Source: Malacoraja senta (taxonomy: Eukaryota). Taken from it: a DNA stretch of 64,000 bases. The stretch spans positions 248,001 through 312,000 of the forward strand of contig JAXLNO010000235.1 in the NCBI GenBank assembly GCA_038087875.1, in the 5' to 3' direction. The translations under genes and the position numbers were made by a program. The notes beneath the pieces were generated by a model. That model was not told where the DNA came from, did no database searches, and worked only from the letters and a program-made list of their open reading frames with translations. Below, in pieces: positions 21,533-33,300 of this stretch; within the stretch, counting starts at the first letter, position 1, and each line of letters begins with the position of its first letter.

Positions 21533-23388
21533 ATGAGGCGATTTATCCTGCCATGCAACCTAATGCTTCTGCAGACAGAGGGAAATAAAGGAGAGATTCG
21601 ACGATGTGTCCCAGGACACGCATATAGGATATTTCACCTCTGCAAAGGAGATGTTGTACAACGTAGAGGCCCAGAAGTCCTCGGAAGATGGAACATAATT
21701 ACAATTAACTACTGCCATGGCAAAATGCAACAGACTAACTGAAGCCTCTACCTAATTGATCAGTCACTCTGGGAGTTTCCATGTGGGTACCGGATATGCA
21801 GGGTTGACTTATCTTGCAGGAGGAACCCCGGGGAGGACCGAACTCTAAATAAACACTTGTATGATGGACTATGTTATCAAGTAGCATTACAGGTCCACCC
21901 GGGGCTCCGAAGGACAGAACCTGAACAACAAATACGGGAAAAGGGAGAATTTGAAGAAAAAGATACTAACGTGTTTCTACGGGCACATAATGAATTATTT
22001 GGTAAAGGGCAAGTTGTGTGTTACCCCGCCATGAAATCTGTTATTAACCTATTACAGTATCTCCTGAGTGGGGAAGAATTTAACGATTAGTAAAGTGTCA
22101 TGATGAGATGCCAGTTCCGGTCAAAGCTGTCACCATCTATTATGACGAGTTCTTAGCCCCACCAGCTAACTGTTTGCCATTACCTGGCGACAATAAGCAT
22201 TCATACCCAGGCTGTCAAAACTCTTCGGGTACCAGAGTAGAACCACTAATGCCGTGTAACTTTACCCCTAACACCGACAATAGACAATACGGATGATGCT
22301 TCACTAACCAGGGATACGGGTGCATAGTTGTTGACGTCCCTTCCAACATTACGTGCATAGTACGAACCCCACGACAACCTAGTTGCAACAGCACATCTAA
22401 GGGCATCCAATGCACCATTCCCAAAATATGCGTCCCAGTCTCTGCAGGGTTTCAACTGCTTTGTGGGTGGGCCAATGGAACCCATCTAACTGTAGGATTC
22501 TATCACTTGCCCATCCCAAGATACACCAATTGGATTTCAAGCAATTGGATGGACTGGGCAAAGGGTGGCGAGGTGATTAATACACGCATGGACTGTCATG
22601 GGTCCATATACACCGAGGAAGGGTATTACTTCTTTTTCAATGGCAAAGGGACCAATGTGCTAAAACCTCCTTTTCCAAAGAACATAGCCATCGGGACCCT
22701 TGTCCCCACCACCGTTCCCTGCCCAGAGAGTTGGTCCCGACAAAACCAAAGGACTCTGCGCAGGGCAATATCCACCGAATTCTGTGCCAATTGGAGAAAC
22801 CCAACTACAATGGGAACATCTAGGTGGGATGCTGCGGGATGGGGAGTACTAAGCCTGCTTACTTTCAGAGGTGTAGGGGGAGAGTTGGCAGCAAAACATC
22901 GAAACTATATGATTTGTGGACTAACCATTTTGGGAAATGCTACTACTGGCGCCTTGGAGGCAATAAAAACCCAACTATCAGAAATGCGTCTGTTCTCTTT
23001 ACAGAATAGATATGCCTTAGATTATCTGTTGGCCCGTGAGGGAGGGACGTGTGCTATTGTAAAAGAAAAATGTATGATGGGAGTTCAGGATAGAACTAGT
23101 AATATCACCAAACATCAAGAGGACATTACTACCCTGCTTGATGGAATGAAGGAGGGTGTTGGATGGGGAAACTGGGGTTTTGGGGGATTATATAATTGGA
23201 TCATCAGCATGGCCATAAATGCAGCAATAGTGATCATGTGTTTGTTAGTGGGAATTGCTATTGTTAAATGTATCATCACCAGACTAATGACAGCCTTGGG
23301 TAATGTGGAAACTGGAGGGCAGGTCTTATTGCGGCACCTAGAAGAAGACATTACGATGTTGGAGTCTGATGGAAGTAGAGACGTGTGA
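21533..23388 (+). pseudogene. env: ERV env (~618 codons reconstructed) with filovirus-GP2-like TM subunit
   Basis: Splice acceptor-like ttcatttgcag ending at 21522, then ATG and a signal-peptide-like start. Cys-rich SU with stops (21740, 22081, 22294) and a 1-bp deletion (~22051). Basic site RTLRR (22750-22764), ISD LQNRYALDYLLAREGGTC, CX6C, Trp-rich MPER and hydrophobic anchor. Confidence 0.95.
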
Positions 23389-23695
23389 ACCAGCAGGTAG
23401 AGAAGGAAATGTTGGAGGAGGAGTGTAATAGACTTAATAATGTGGAGAAGGAGGAATGTTATTAAGTCCAGAATAATTGAGCACCATAAGGGCTAGGGTT
23501 GGAAGCACAGCAGAGAAGTAGGGAACAGCATTGGTGTCAACAAGCCAGCCTGCTGACCTACGTGGTCCAGGTTTTGGGGGCTATAAAGCATCTCAAGGTT
23601 AGGTATAAACTTGGATGACTAATAAGCCAATGCTGATGAATCTCTGCCTTGTGTTATTATCCTATTAGTGGTCATAGAATGACCAGAGTGAGGAA

Positions 23696-25010
23696 TGAGG
23701 AAATATTATACAAATAGAACCGCTTGGATAGAGACTTTTATATAAGCTAGGTGAATTGCAAAAGAAAAGCTTAAAGTTTCCCTGAACTGAAATAAAGTGC
23801 AAACTGACACATACACACAGGCAAAGATGAATCAAAACATGGAGGCCTGAACCTGAACCTGCTTAGCTTAGGTTATTGTTTGGGGGCAATTATAGCACTG
23901 GAGGAAATTGTATTTGATATGGCTTTGTGTTGAAGAATGGGAAGCTGAATAAGGGGCCTCTTCTTAGGCCATCTGCTCTGTCTCTATGGCACATTTTTGA
24001 GCTCTGAATGTGACATAAACGTGAAGAGTTATGGCTTGTTATGCTAGGTTTGAGACAGAATTCAAGGCCGAGAGATGATAGACTGCAGTTAGCCTTGGCT
24101 GTGTAAAATTATAATGAGTGTGATAAGGAATAAGATGTAAGTGAAGGAATAGTTGCTTTGAGAAATAATTAGATTGAGGGAGTTGTTTATAGAAGGTTGA
24201 AGCAGATGGAATTCTGACGTAATGGTCTGGGTTGTACCTTGTACCTTGTACCTTGTGTTCTGTCTGGTACGTGAGATTGGAAATCCTGCTTCCCGATAAC
24301 AGGAAAGGCACCAAACTCATATTAACTAAATTGACAGATTTACGACCCATGTATCTTTGGATGGGAGATGGAAATGTGCGTTTTGAACAGAAACTGTAAT
24401 TCAGCAAACTTGTATAATTAATGTTTTAAAGACATAGGTAATGGTATTTCAAAATGTGTAAAATTATAGTAACACCAATTATGCAATGTATTGTCCTAGT
24501 AGAAAGGTACACTTTAGACTTAGAGAAATTGTTTAGATTTATAGAAATATCTTTTCTCTTGGTATAGAAAGTGTGTATAACTTGAGTGATCATTGTATGT
24601 ATCTTATATTTTGAAGAGTGGTCTTTGATAAAAGCCTACAGGGGTTTTGCTGTGTTGAAATAAAATAATTCTAAAACAGTTATAGAGTTATACCATAGAC
24701 AAACAAAGATTGTAAAAAGACGTCAGGAAAGGGGATATCCTGTGACTGATGTTGTAAATCACCAAAAGAGATGATTGGTTACCAGTTGTCCTACCCTCTG
24801 TATTTGAAATGTCTAAATACCTATATAAAGCAATGAGTTTGTATCAAAAACACAAATACTTTGGAGCTGCCCCGGAGCTTCTATCTCTGTGTTGGAAGGT
24901 TCAAAGAATTGTCTCAGTACTGAATAAAGAATCAATTCCAACAGCTACAAGCATTTGAGTCAAGTTTTCTTGACTTTAGATTGACAAAATAACTCAGTTT
25001 AACATTCTCA
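23696..25010 (+). mobile_element. 3' LTR (~1.3 kb) of the pol-env ERV, preceded by a polypurine tract
   Basis: PPT-like agagtgaggaa (23685-23695), then TGAGGAAATATTA...TAACATTCTCA imperfect inverted ends. Reverse CCAAT at ~24773, TATATAAA 24822-24829, AATAAA 24923-24928. No 5' partner LTR to confirm the boundaries. Confidence 0.75.
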
Positions 25011-25739
25011 CTGTCTCTGACTACATTTTATCTCTGTGGCCACTCTCGTCATCACTCTGAAGAAGGGTCTCAACATGAAACGTCACCCATTCCTTCTCGC
25101 CAGAGATGCTGCCCGTCTCGCTGAGTTACTCCAGCATTTTGTTTCTTATCTTTGATTTAAAATACATTTTTACAGGTCTGGAAAGGTTGAGAGGGACATG
25201 GGCCAAATTCAGGCAGGTGGGACTAGAGTTTGTACGTTCTCTCTGTGACTGTGTGTTTTCTCCGGGTGCTCCGATTTCCTCCCACATTCCAAAGATGTGC
25301 AGGTGTGTAGATTAATTCTGAAAATTGCCCCCAGTGAGTAGGGTAGACCTAGTGAACAGGTTATCGCTGGTCGGCGCGTACTAAAAAAATGAAACCATAG
25401 CCATGAGGAAATGTAGCTGCCTGCGTACTTTTAAAAAAAGATGCAAAGTGCTGGAGTAACTCAGCGGGGTGCAAGTGTCCCAGCCTGACGTTTCAACCAC
25501 AAAATGTTTTACGACGAGACTGTTCTAACTTTATGAAAACAAAATGTTCTCCCAGAATACTGCCTGGATTAGAGCGCTTCAGCTACAGGGAGAGGTACAG
25601 TGTAAAGCTTCTTTTGTTGTGTGCTAACCAGTTAGTGGAAGGACAATACAGGATTACAATCTACCCATCCACAGTGTACAGATATAGGATTAAGGGAATA
25701 TCGATTAGTGCAAGGTAAAGTCTGATTAAAGATAGTCTG

Positions 25740-26032
25740 AGGGATAGTTTAAGAATAAGGGGTAATTTATTTAGAACGGAGATGAGGAAAAACTTTTTCA
25801 CACAGAGTGTTGAGAGTCTGTGAAATTCTCTGCCGCAGATGGTGGTGGAAGCCGATTCTCTGAATGCTTTCAAGAGAGAGCTGGACAGAGCTCTTAAAGA
25901 TAGCGGCGTCAAGGGATATAGGGAGAAGGCAGGAACAGGGTATTAATTGTGGATGATTGGCATGATCACGGTGAATAGCGGTGCTGGCTCGAGGGGCAGA
26001 ATGGCCTACTCCTGCACCTATTGTCTATTGTC
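25740..26032 (+). mobile_element. CR1 LINE 3' end (unit 2: ~54828-55118)
   Basis: SLRIRGNLFRTEMRKNFFTQ...FKRELDRAL plus CR1 3'UTR and (CTATTGT)n tail. Confidence 0.85.
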
Positions 26033-28116
26033 TTCAATGAATAATAATGAATGAATAAAAATGTTATTAGCCAAGTAGGTCCACATCCAAGGCATTTACA
26101 TTGGTGCTTTGCTCGCAGGTAACAACAAGATATTCTGTAGACAATAAAAAATAAAATATTATAATTCAAACATGTGAAAATAAAGTACCGGAGTAAAAAG
26201 AGGCTACGGTCTTTTGGCTGTTGAATAGAGTTACTGCTCGTAGGAAAAAGCTGTTTTATGTCTGACTAGCAGCTTTGATAGTCCGGAGTCGCCTCCCAGA
26301 AAGAAGTGATTCAAAGAGTTTGTCGCCGGAGGTGAGCGGCAGAAAACATCTGCCAATGCAGTAGATGGTAGGTGGGGTCTGCTCTCTAGTTGGTGATTGG
26401 ATGGTTAGAACGTAGGGCAGTACAGCACAGGAACGGGCCCTTCGGCCCACAATGTTTGTGCCGAACATGACGCCAGGTTAAACTCTCATCTGCCTGTACA
26501 TGATCCATATCCCTCTCTCCCCTCCACTTCCACATGCCCACCTAAAAGCTTCTTAAACACCCCCGTCATATCTGCCTCCACCACCTACCCAGGTCAGGCA
26601 CATGAGGCCCCCACCACTGCCCCGCGCATCCCCATTAAACTTCCCCCCTCTCTCCTTACAGCGATACCAACTAGTCTTGGACATTTCCAGCCTGGCGTAA
26701 AAAGATTCTGAGAGTCGACCCTAACTGTCCCTAAGCTCGCCCTGTAGCTGAAGCTCTCGAATCCAGGCGACATTCTGGTAAAACATTTTGTTTACAAAAA
26801 GTTAGAACGTTTTCCTCATGGAACGTTTTGTGCTGCGCACGATTGGTCTAACGCGTTCTAATGAGGGGTGGACGCATGGAACTGCAGATGCTCGTTTACA
26901 TAAAAAGGCAAGTGCTGGAGTAACTCCGCAGTCGCCGGGGGGACCTGGTCTGGAGAAAGGCAGGTTTGTGATCCTGTGTGGAGGTCAGGTAAGTGGAGGA
27001 GCTTTGATTGAGCGTGTGGATCCTGTGGAAGGTTAAAGTGAAGCTGAGATTTATGGTGTGAGCTGACTTATTCCAGCACTTTGTGGCGCAATGGTAGAGT
27101 TGCTGCCTTACAGCGCCAGAGACCCGTGTTCGAACCTGACCACGCGTCATGCAAGCCATCATATCGCACGCGTCATGCAAGCCATCTTGAATGACCACCT
27201 AAACTGTCATTTGGCAACCTAAAAAGCTGCCAAGGCTGCCCGGCTGGCAACAGGGAAAATAAGTTAAGCGAGAGCCCTGCTCACACACACGCTCCCTCTC
27301 TCTCTCATACACACACTCTCTTTCTCACACACACACGCTCCCTCTCTCTCTCACACACACACACTCTCTCTCATGCACACACACTCTCTTTCTCTCACAC
27401 ACACTCCCTCCCTCCCCCCCTCTATCCCCTCCATCTCTCTCGCCCTTTCTCTCTCCCCCTCTCTTCACCATTTCATCTCCCTTTCATCCACGTGTACACA
27501 CTCACACTCATCAGCAAAGAGAGGGAAAAGAGAGAGAGAAAAGAAGGAGAAGAGGAAGCCAGAGAAGGGGAGAGAAAGAAAGAGGGAACGAGACAGAGAA
27601 AAAAAATGAAGGCTGCCAGTAACTACGATGGCCGCCCAGAGCTTCACGTCCCTTTGACTTCAATGGAAGTGCCTTGACCAAATATGGCCGCCTCCCTGGG
27701 CATCGCTACCATTGACTTCAATGGAAGACTGCCAGTAGCTTAGATGGACGCCCAGGGCTTCACTCCCAATGGACTGAAATGGCAGACTGCCTGTAGAGAG
27801 GATGGCCACCTGCAGCACCACAGGGAAATGCCAGCATCCAAATGGCCACCCCCGGCTTCACACTCATTGACTTCTGGCTGCCAGTAGCTAAAATGGCGGT
27901 GGTGAAGGGTGGGGGGAGGGGGGGTGGGTTAGAAGGGGGAAGAGAGAGATGGGGATGGGGGGAACATGACTCTTTGGGGAAATGAGTGGAGAATAGATGG
28001 TGAACGTGGGAGAGAGATAGAAGGGGTAGAGAGAGGGAGGGGGGGGTGTATGCGTGCGTGTCTGGGGATTGCCTATTCACCAACCCCTCGCCCTTCTCCC
28101 CTCCCCTCGTTCCTTC

Positions 28117-28626
28117 TGTGAGGAAGGGGTTAATAGGTATGTTGATTTAGACAAGAACCCTTTGTATAGTAGGGAGTATAGTAGGGAGGATAGGGGGAGT
28201 GAAGAACGAGTACAGATGGTGACTTTTTCAAGGATGAGAACAAAGGAGATAAGGAGACCGTCCGGGATAGAACTAGGGTAAGGGTCATGAACAACTCTCT
28301 ATGCGCTTGCGTAATGAGATAAATGAATATTGCAAACACGCCCATCATGACAAGATGTCTCATTTAAATGTACATGCGATGTATGATCTGGGAGGCACCA
28401 GGGGCGGTACCTGTAGAGTGTGCACCTCAGTGCTCTGATTTGACAAGAGCCCGAAGGGGAGGAGTAAATGTAACAAATGTAAAATGATGTGAAGAAGAGA
28501 GATGAATTCCATCTCTCGGTGTCTTGACAGGGGAGACACCCAACTCTGCAGACTTGCTAATAAATAAACTTGTTTCTCTACATTCTCTAAGCATCGTGAG
28601 TGTTCTTTCACTATTTGCGCCTGACA
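28117..28626 (+). mobile_element. Solo LTR, duplicated copy in unit 2
   Basis: Matches 1103-1612 at offset 27014, with the same CTTC TSD. Confidence 0.93.
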
Positions 28627-29041
28627 CTTCCCACCCTCTCGCTCTCTCTCCCTCTCGCCATCTCCCTCTCTCTCTCTCCATCTCTCTCTCTCGCTCCTCT
28701 TTTCCCGGCGGGCATTTTGTTGTCAACCTCCATAGTTGGCCAATCTTCAATCCCTCCTTAATCTCACCCCTGGAGCCCTGCTGGCCCCAGGTTCTTCCCT
28801 GGGAGAGCGTCCCATTGGGAGGGAGGGAGGGAGGAAGGGAGGGGCACGGAGGCAGACATGCTGGAGAAGCCACTTAACCTGATGGTGGCCATTTTGTTGT
28901 CAACCTCCATAGTTGGTCAATCTTCCATCCTTCCTTAATCTCACCCCTGGAGCCCTGCTGACCCCGGGTTCTTCCCCGGGAGAACGCCCCGTTCGGAGGG
29001 AGGGAGGAATTGAGAGGAAATGAGGGCACAGAGGTGGAAAT

Positions 29042-30317
29042 TGTGAGAAAAGGGTTAATAGGGATGGTTGATTTATACTAGAACTCTGAAAAGTATAACT
29101 TAGAAAGAAATAAGGTGTCAGCAGAAGCCAGACTGCTGGTAGAATAAAGTAACAATATACAGAACAGAGAGAAATTCTAGATAAAAAAGAAGCAAACAGA
29201 TAGAAACTTCAGCAGAAGCCTTAGGAGTCTTTGACGTTGGGTGGACGTTCCAGGACGTTCTCGTGGGAATGTGGGCTTTATGTTATGATTGTAAGAAGCT
29301 CAATGTGGAGAGATGAGGGTGTGACAATAGTGAAATGAAATGTATAAAGATAGAAAGCATCTCCATCTTCGTTGTGCCTCTAGGGGACAGCAGAGGAGAG
29401 GCACCTATTCTGCAGAATATTACCTTAATAAAAACTTATTTGCATGACTTTGTCTCTAAAGTGTTCGTGATTTTGAATCTCACAATTTGGGGGCTCGGTT
29501 CCGGGATTTAATTACTCTGGACAGCTGACGGGAGTACACGGACGAAGAGAAGGTGCACCCCGCTGAGTTCAGCGGTCTCAGACTCCTTGCTTACCGTCAG
29601 AAGGTTTGAGCGAGTGATGCCCGGACCAAACAGAGACTCGGCAAAGAAGTGAAAGTGGTTGGAGATTAGTTGGAGATCGCGAAAAGTCAATCGAGCAATT
29701 TCTGTGCACAGAACCCAGGTAGGAATAATGACTAATAAAGTACTTCCTGGGCGATTGAAAAGACCTTGTGCTTAACGCCCTGAAGGATTCAGGGGTCTGT
29801 ACCGGCAAGGCAAACTGAAAAGGGAGGGGAAAAGCCTGTAGGCCAAATCCCCGCATTCTGCCCAATAGTCCGTTGGGGCAAATGCTGAACCACTGGGGGG
29901 CAGGAAATACCCAGGGGTTCGAGTAGACAACAATGATAAGGTATAGTCCGTTGGGGCAAATGCAGAGCCGCAGGGGGCCAAAATACCCAGGGAAGAGAGA
30001 AGACAGGGGCCGGGGTGGACGAAGATCACCCAACCACCAGGATGGGGAGTCAAAAGGTCGGAAGGGGAAGATAAGAAGATCGGTAGAAATTAGACCCCTG
30101 AGGGAGGTACCTAGGAGAGGACCCTGAGGGGGAAGGGGAATTGTTAAATAGCCTCCTTGAAGATCCTTTAGGTCTGACAAGAACAGTTAGATCAATTCCT
30201 TTTCACAGAAGGGAAAAACAAGTAGTAAAGATTATGTTGCAGGCAGTAGAAAAACAACAAATAAGGAACAGAGAGAGACAGGATGATGAGGGAGTTACTC
30301 CCGAAAGTAGCAGATAA
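29042..30317 (+). mobile_element. gag: Unit 2 copy of LTR (29042-29484), PBS-Pro and gag remnant
   Basis: Near-identical to 2028-3303. Confidence 0.88.
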
Positions 30318-33300
30318 GAAGACGGCAAAGGCCGGGGACAAGAGTGCAGGACAGGGAGAAAATATAAATTGAATAATCTATTTGAAGTAAGAACGGAACG
30401 AATGTGATTTGTATGTAAAAACCGGTTTGGAACGAATGGTTGTAAGATGAAAGGTTGGAATGAGCAAGTTTTAAAATTGAACACAGACCCCCCCCCCCCC
30501 CCCCCCCCACCCCCGTGGCGGGGGCAAGAATTTCCACTGTAGTTAAAAATACTGCAAACCATCGGAGATTACGAACAAGCTGTAAAATTAACTCTTTGTA
30601 TCCTCGTAACCTGAAAAAGGGAAGTTGTAAAAATCAGCTTTTGATTTTCTTTTAATGGTTTCTTGATGTTCTTTTAGATTTCTTATCAGTAAATTTAATT
30701 TGGAGAATTGTTACTAGTGCTAGGAATTGGACATTTAAAATAATGGCGAATATGGATTGAAATAATTGGAAATAAGTTAATTGATGAAACATGACCAGCT
30801 TTTATGATTTGTTGTTTTATGGTAGACATTCAAGTTGAGAAACACAGAGAGAGAGAGACACAGTTTCCAGGACATCCAACATTGTTCAGTTTGTGGATAC
30901 CTGTTAAACCACTCTTTGACATGAAGTGAGACTGCAGTGAGGTCACCTACCTTGTGAGAAGAGACTGATGGTGAACGAGTACAGAGACTGAGTGACAAAG
31001 CTCCAAGCACGGCGACACACTGAGATTCAGTCTCACAGTTTCTTTGGAAGGGCAAACACCCTTCCTCTTTCTATCCAGCTCAGGATTCACACACCATTTG
31101 TGTTGATAATGTTTGCGTCAGATTAAAAATCATCTTTTTAGGAGGTCCAGAACCTGGCAGCCTGGTGTACCAACAATAACCTCGTCCTCAACTCCAAGCA
31201 GACGAAGGAAATTATCGTTGACTTCAGGAAGACCAGAGGTGGCAGACATACCCCCATCCACATAAACGGGACTGAGGTGGAGTGCGTCTCCAACTACAAA
31301 TGCCTCGGGGTACACATCTCAGAGGATCTGTTGTGGTCCCTCAATACCACCAAATTGATCAAAAAGGCGCAACAGCGCCTTTACTTTCTGAGGAGGCTTA
31401 AGAAAGTGCACCTGTACCCCCAGATCCTGTCCAACTTTTACCGCTGTACCATCGAAAGCAGATATAGCGGTAGGGGGCGCTGCTCTGGCAGCAGCCATGT
31501 CAGCAGCGCGTCAGTTTTTTCAACCTTTTTTAATGTTTTCGTATGTTTTAAAGTATGTATTTAATGTTCCTTCGTGTGTTTAGTGTGGGGGGTGGTGTGG
31601 GGGGGTAAGGGGGAAACCGCTTCGGTCGCCTCCTCCATGGAGAGGCGACTTTTTCCAGGTCGGCTCCCCCGTGGCCTAACATCAAGGATCGGCGCGGCCT
31701 TTCCCTGAGACACGCCCGGGGCTTCAGCGGCGGGCGCAGCGTGAACTCTCGTTGTGGAGCGGGTGAGCCCTCGCTGGGGCTCACTGGAGAGGAGCGCTCC
31801 ATTTCGCTGTCCCGGGGCTGCCGGCAGCCTGAAGTCGCGGTCTGCAGAGCTCCAGCTGGCGCGGCGTCTACAGCCCGGGATCCCTTGTGGGGTCCCGGGG
31901 GAAGAAGCCATCACTGCCGACCCGCGGCCAACTTCTACCGCGGGTCCGGCATGGACTTACCATCACCCCTGGAGGGGAGCTTCGACCGCCGGCCCTGCAG
32001 TCTACGGTACTTCTGGCTGCGGCGGAGTCTTTAAATCTCGACCGCCGGCCTGCGGCCTACACCATCTTAAAGCCGCAGTCTCCGGTGAGGAAGAGCCGAT
32101 CCTGGACTGACTCTGGACTCTGGTCCTGTCCACGGGGGGGAAATGGAGGAGGACTGGCCAGATTTTGTGCCTACCACCACAGTGATGAATGCTACAGTGG
32201 ATGTTTGTGTTACATTTTTATTGTGGTTGTGTGTTCTTTATTATTGTACTGCTGCTGACAACCCAAATCCACCGACCCTGGTTGTGTGGCAATAAATTAT
32301 TATATCTATCCTGACCACCTGCTTCACGGTATGGTACAGCAGCTGCACCACAGCTGACAGGAAGGCACTGCAACGGGTGGTGAAAACCGCTCAGCACATC
32401 ATCGGTGCTCCGCTCCCTGCCCTGGATGCCCTCCACCGAAAATGGTGTCTGAGACGGGCCGGGAAAAGCATCAAGGACCCCTCTCACCCTAACCATGGAC
32501 TATTTGCCCTCCTCCCATCAGGGAGGCGGTACAGGAGCCTCAGGTCTCGCATAAGCAGGATGCGGAACAGCTTTTTCAATAACACCATTACACTGCTGAA
32601 CTCAGAGTCCCGTCACTAGCTATCTTTAGACTCTCCCATTAGTATACAGTTATTTGCCTATGTATCAGTTTTAATTCATCCACAATCCACACATTGTTAA
32701 CCAGTATTTTTATTTATTTTTATTGTATGCTTATTTTGTATTTTTATTTTTACTACTACTCTCTTGCACTATGACCAGATGCTAAACTGCATTTCGTTTT
32801 ACCTATACTCGCATTTGTGCAATGACAATAAAGTTGAATTGAATTGAATCTTGTAAAAGCTAATTTGGACAAATCAAATGGGGAATTTCCTGAGGTCACA
32901 AATACATTGGATAAGTTTAGACGTGGAACCTCCTTGTATTAAATGCTATTAGTGGGTGGCAAATGTCTAAGATAATGGCAAACAAGGGAATCTGCTGTTT
33001 TGTAAGGAAGGAAACATGGTCAATATTCACGCCTTGCAGCTATGTTAGAGCTTTAGCTCAAGTTCAAGTTCAAGTGAGTTTATTGGCATGTGTCCCTGAT
33101 AGGAAAATGAAATTCTTGCTTTGCTTCAGCACAACAGAACATAGTAGGCATTGGCTACAAAACAGATCAGTGTGTCCATATACCATTATATGTTCATATA
33201 CAATTATAGCAGTTTAAATCTATATCCAAATGTATCAGATCACGGTGGGTTTAGGGGGTTACAAATGAGGTGGATTTGAGAATCAGGATCATACATTATT

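Larger units (their letters stand above)
1..26721 (+). repeat. Segmental duplication, tandem unit 1 (~27 kb; starts upstream of the window)
   Basis: Position 1 matches 27015 (offset 27014) and the ORF track repeats in the same order. Similarity to unit 2 ends after ...gagagtcgaccc at ~26721 / ~55803. Confidence 0.97.

Noticed and set aside
22507..23388. Domesticated syncytin-like env gene
   Set aside because: SU carries shared stop codons, the open part lacks a signal peptide, and the paralogue has a further stop. No sign of preservation.
22765..23388. Endogenous filovirus element
   Set aside because: The sequence sits in normal retroviral context (integrase, splice acceptor, env, PPT, LTR) and no filovirus NP, VP35 or L remnants are visible.
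2028..25010. One large provirus running from the 5' LTR/gag to pol-env-3' LTR
   Set aside because: The two LTRs differ in sequence and length (443 bp versus ~1.3 kb), so they belong to different ERV families.
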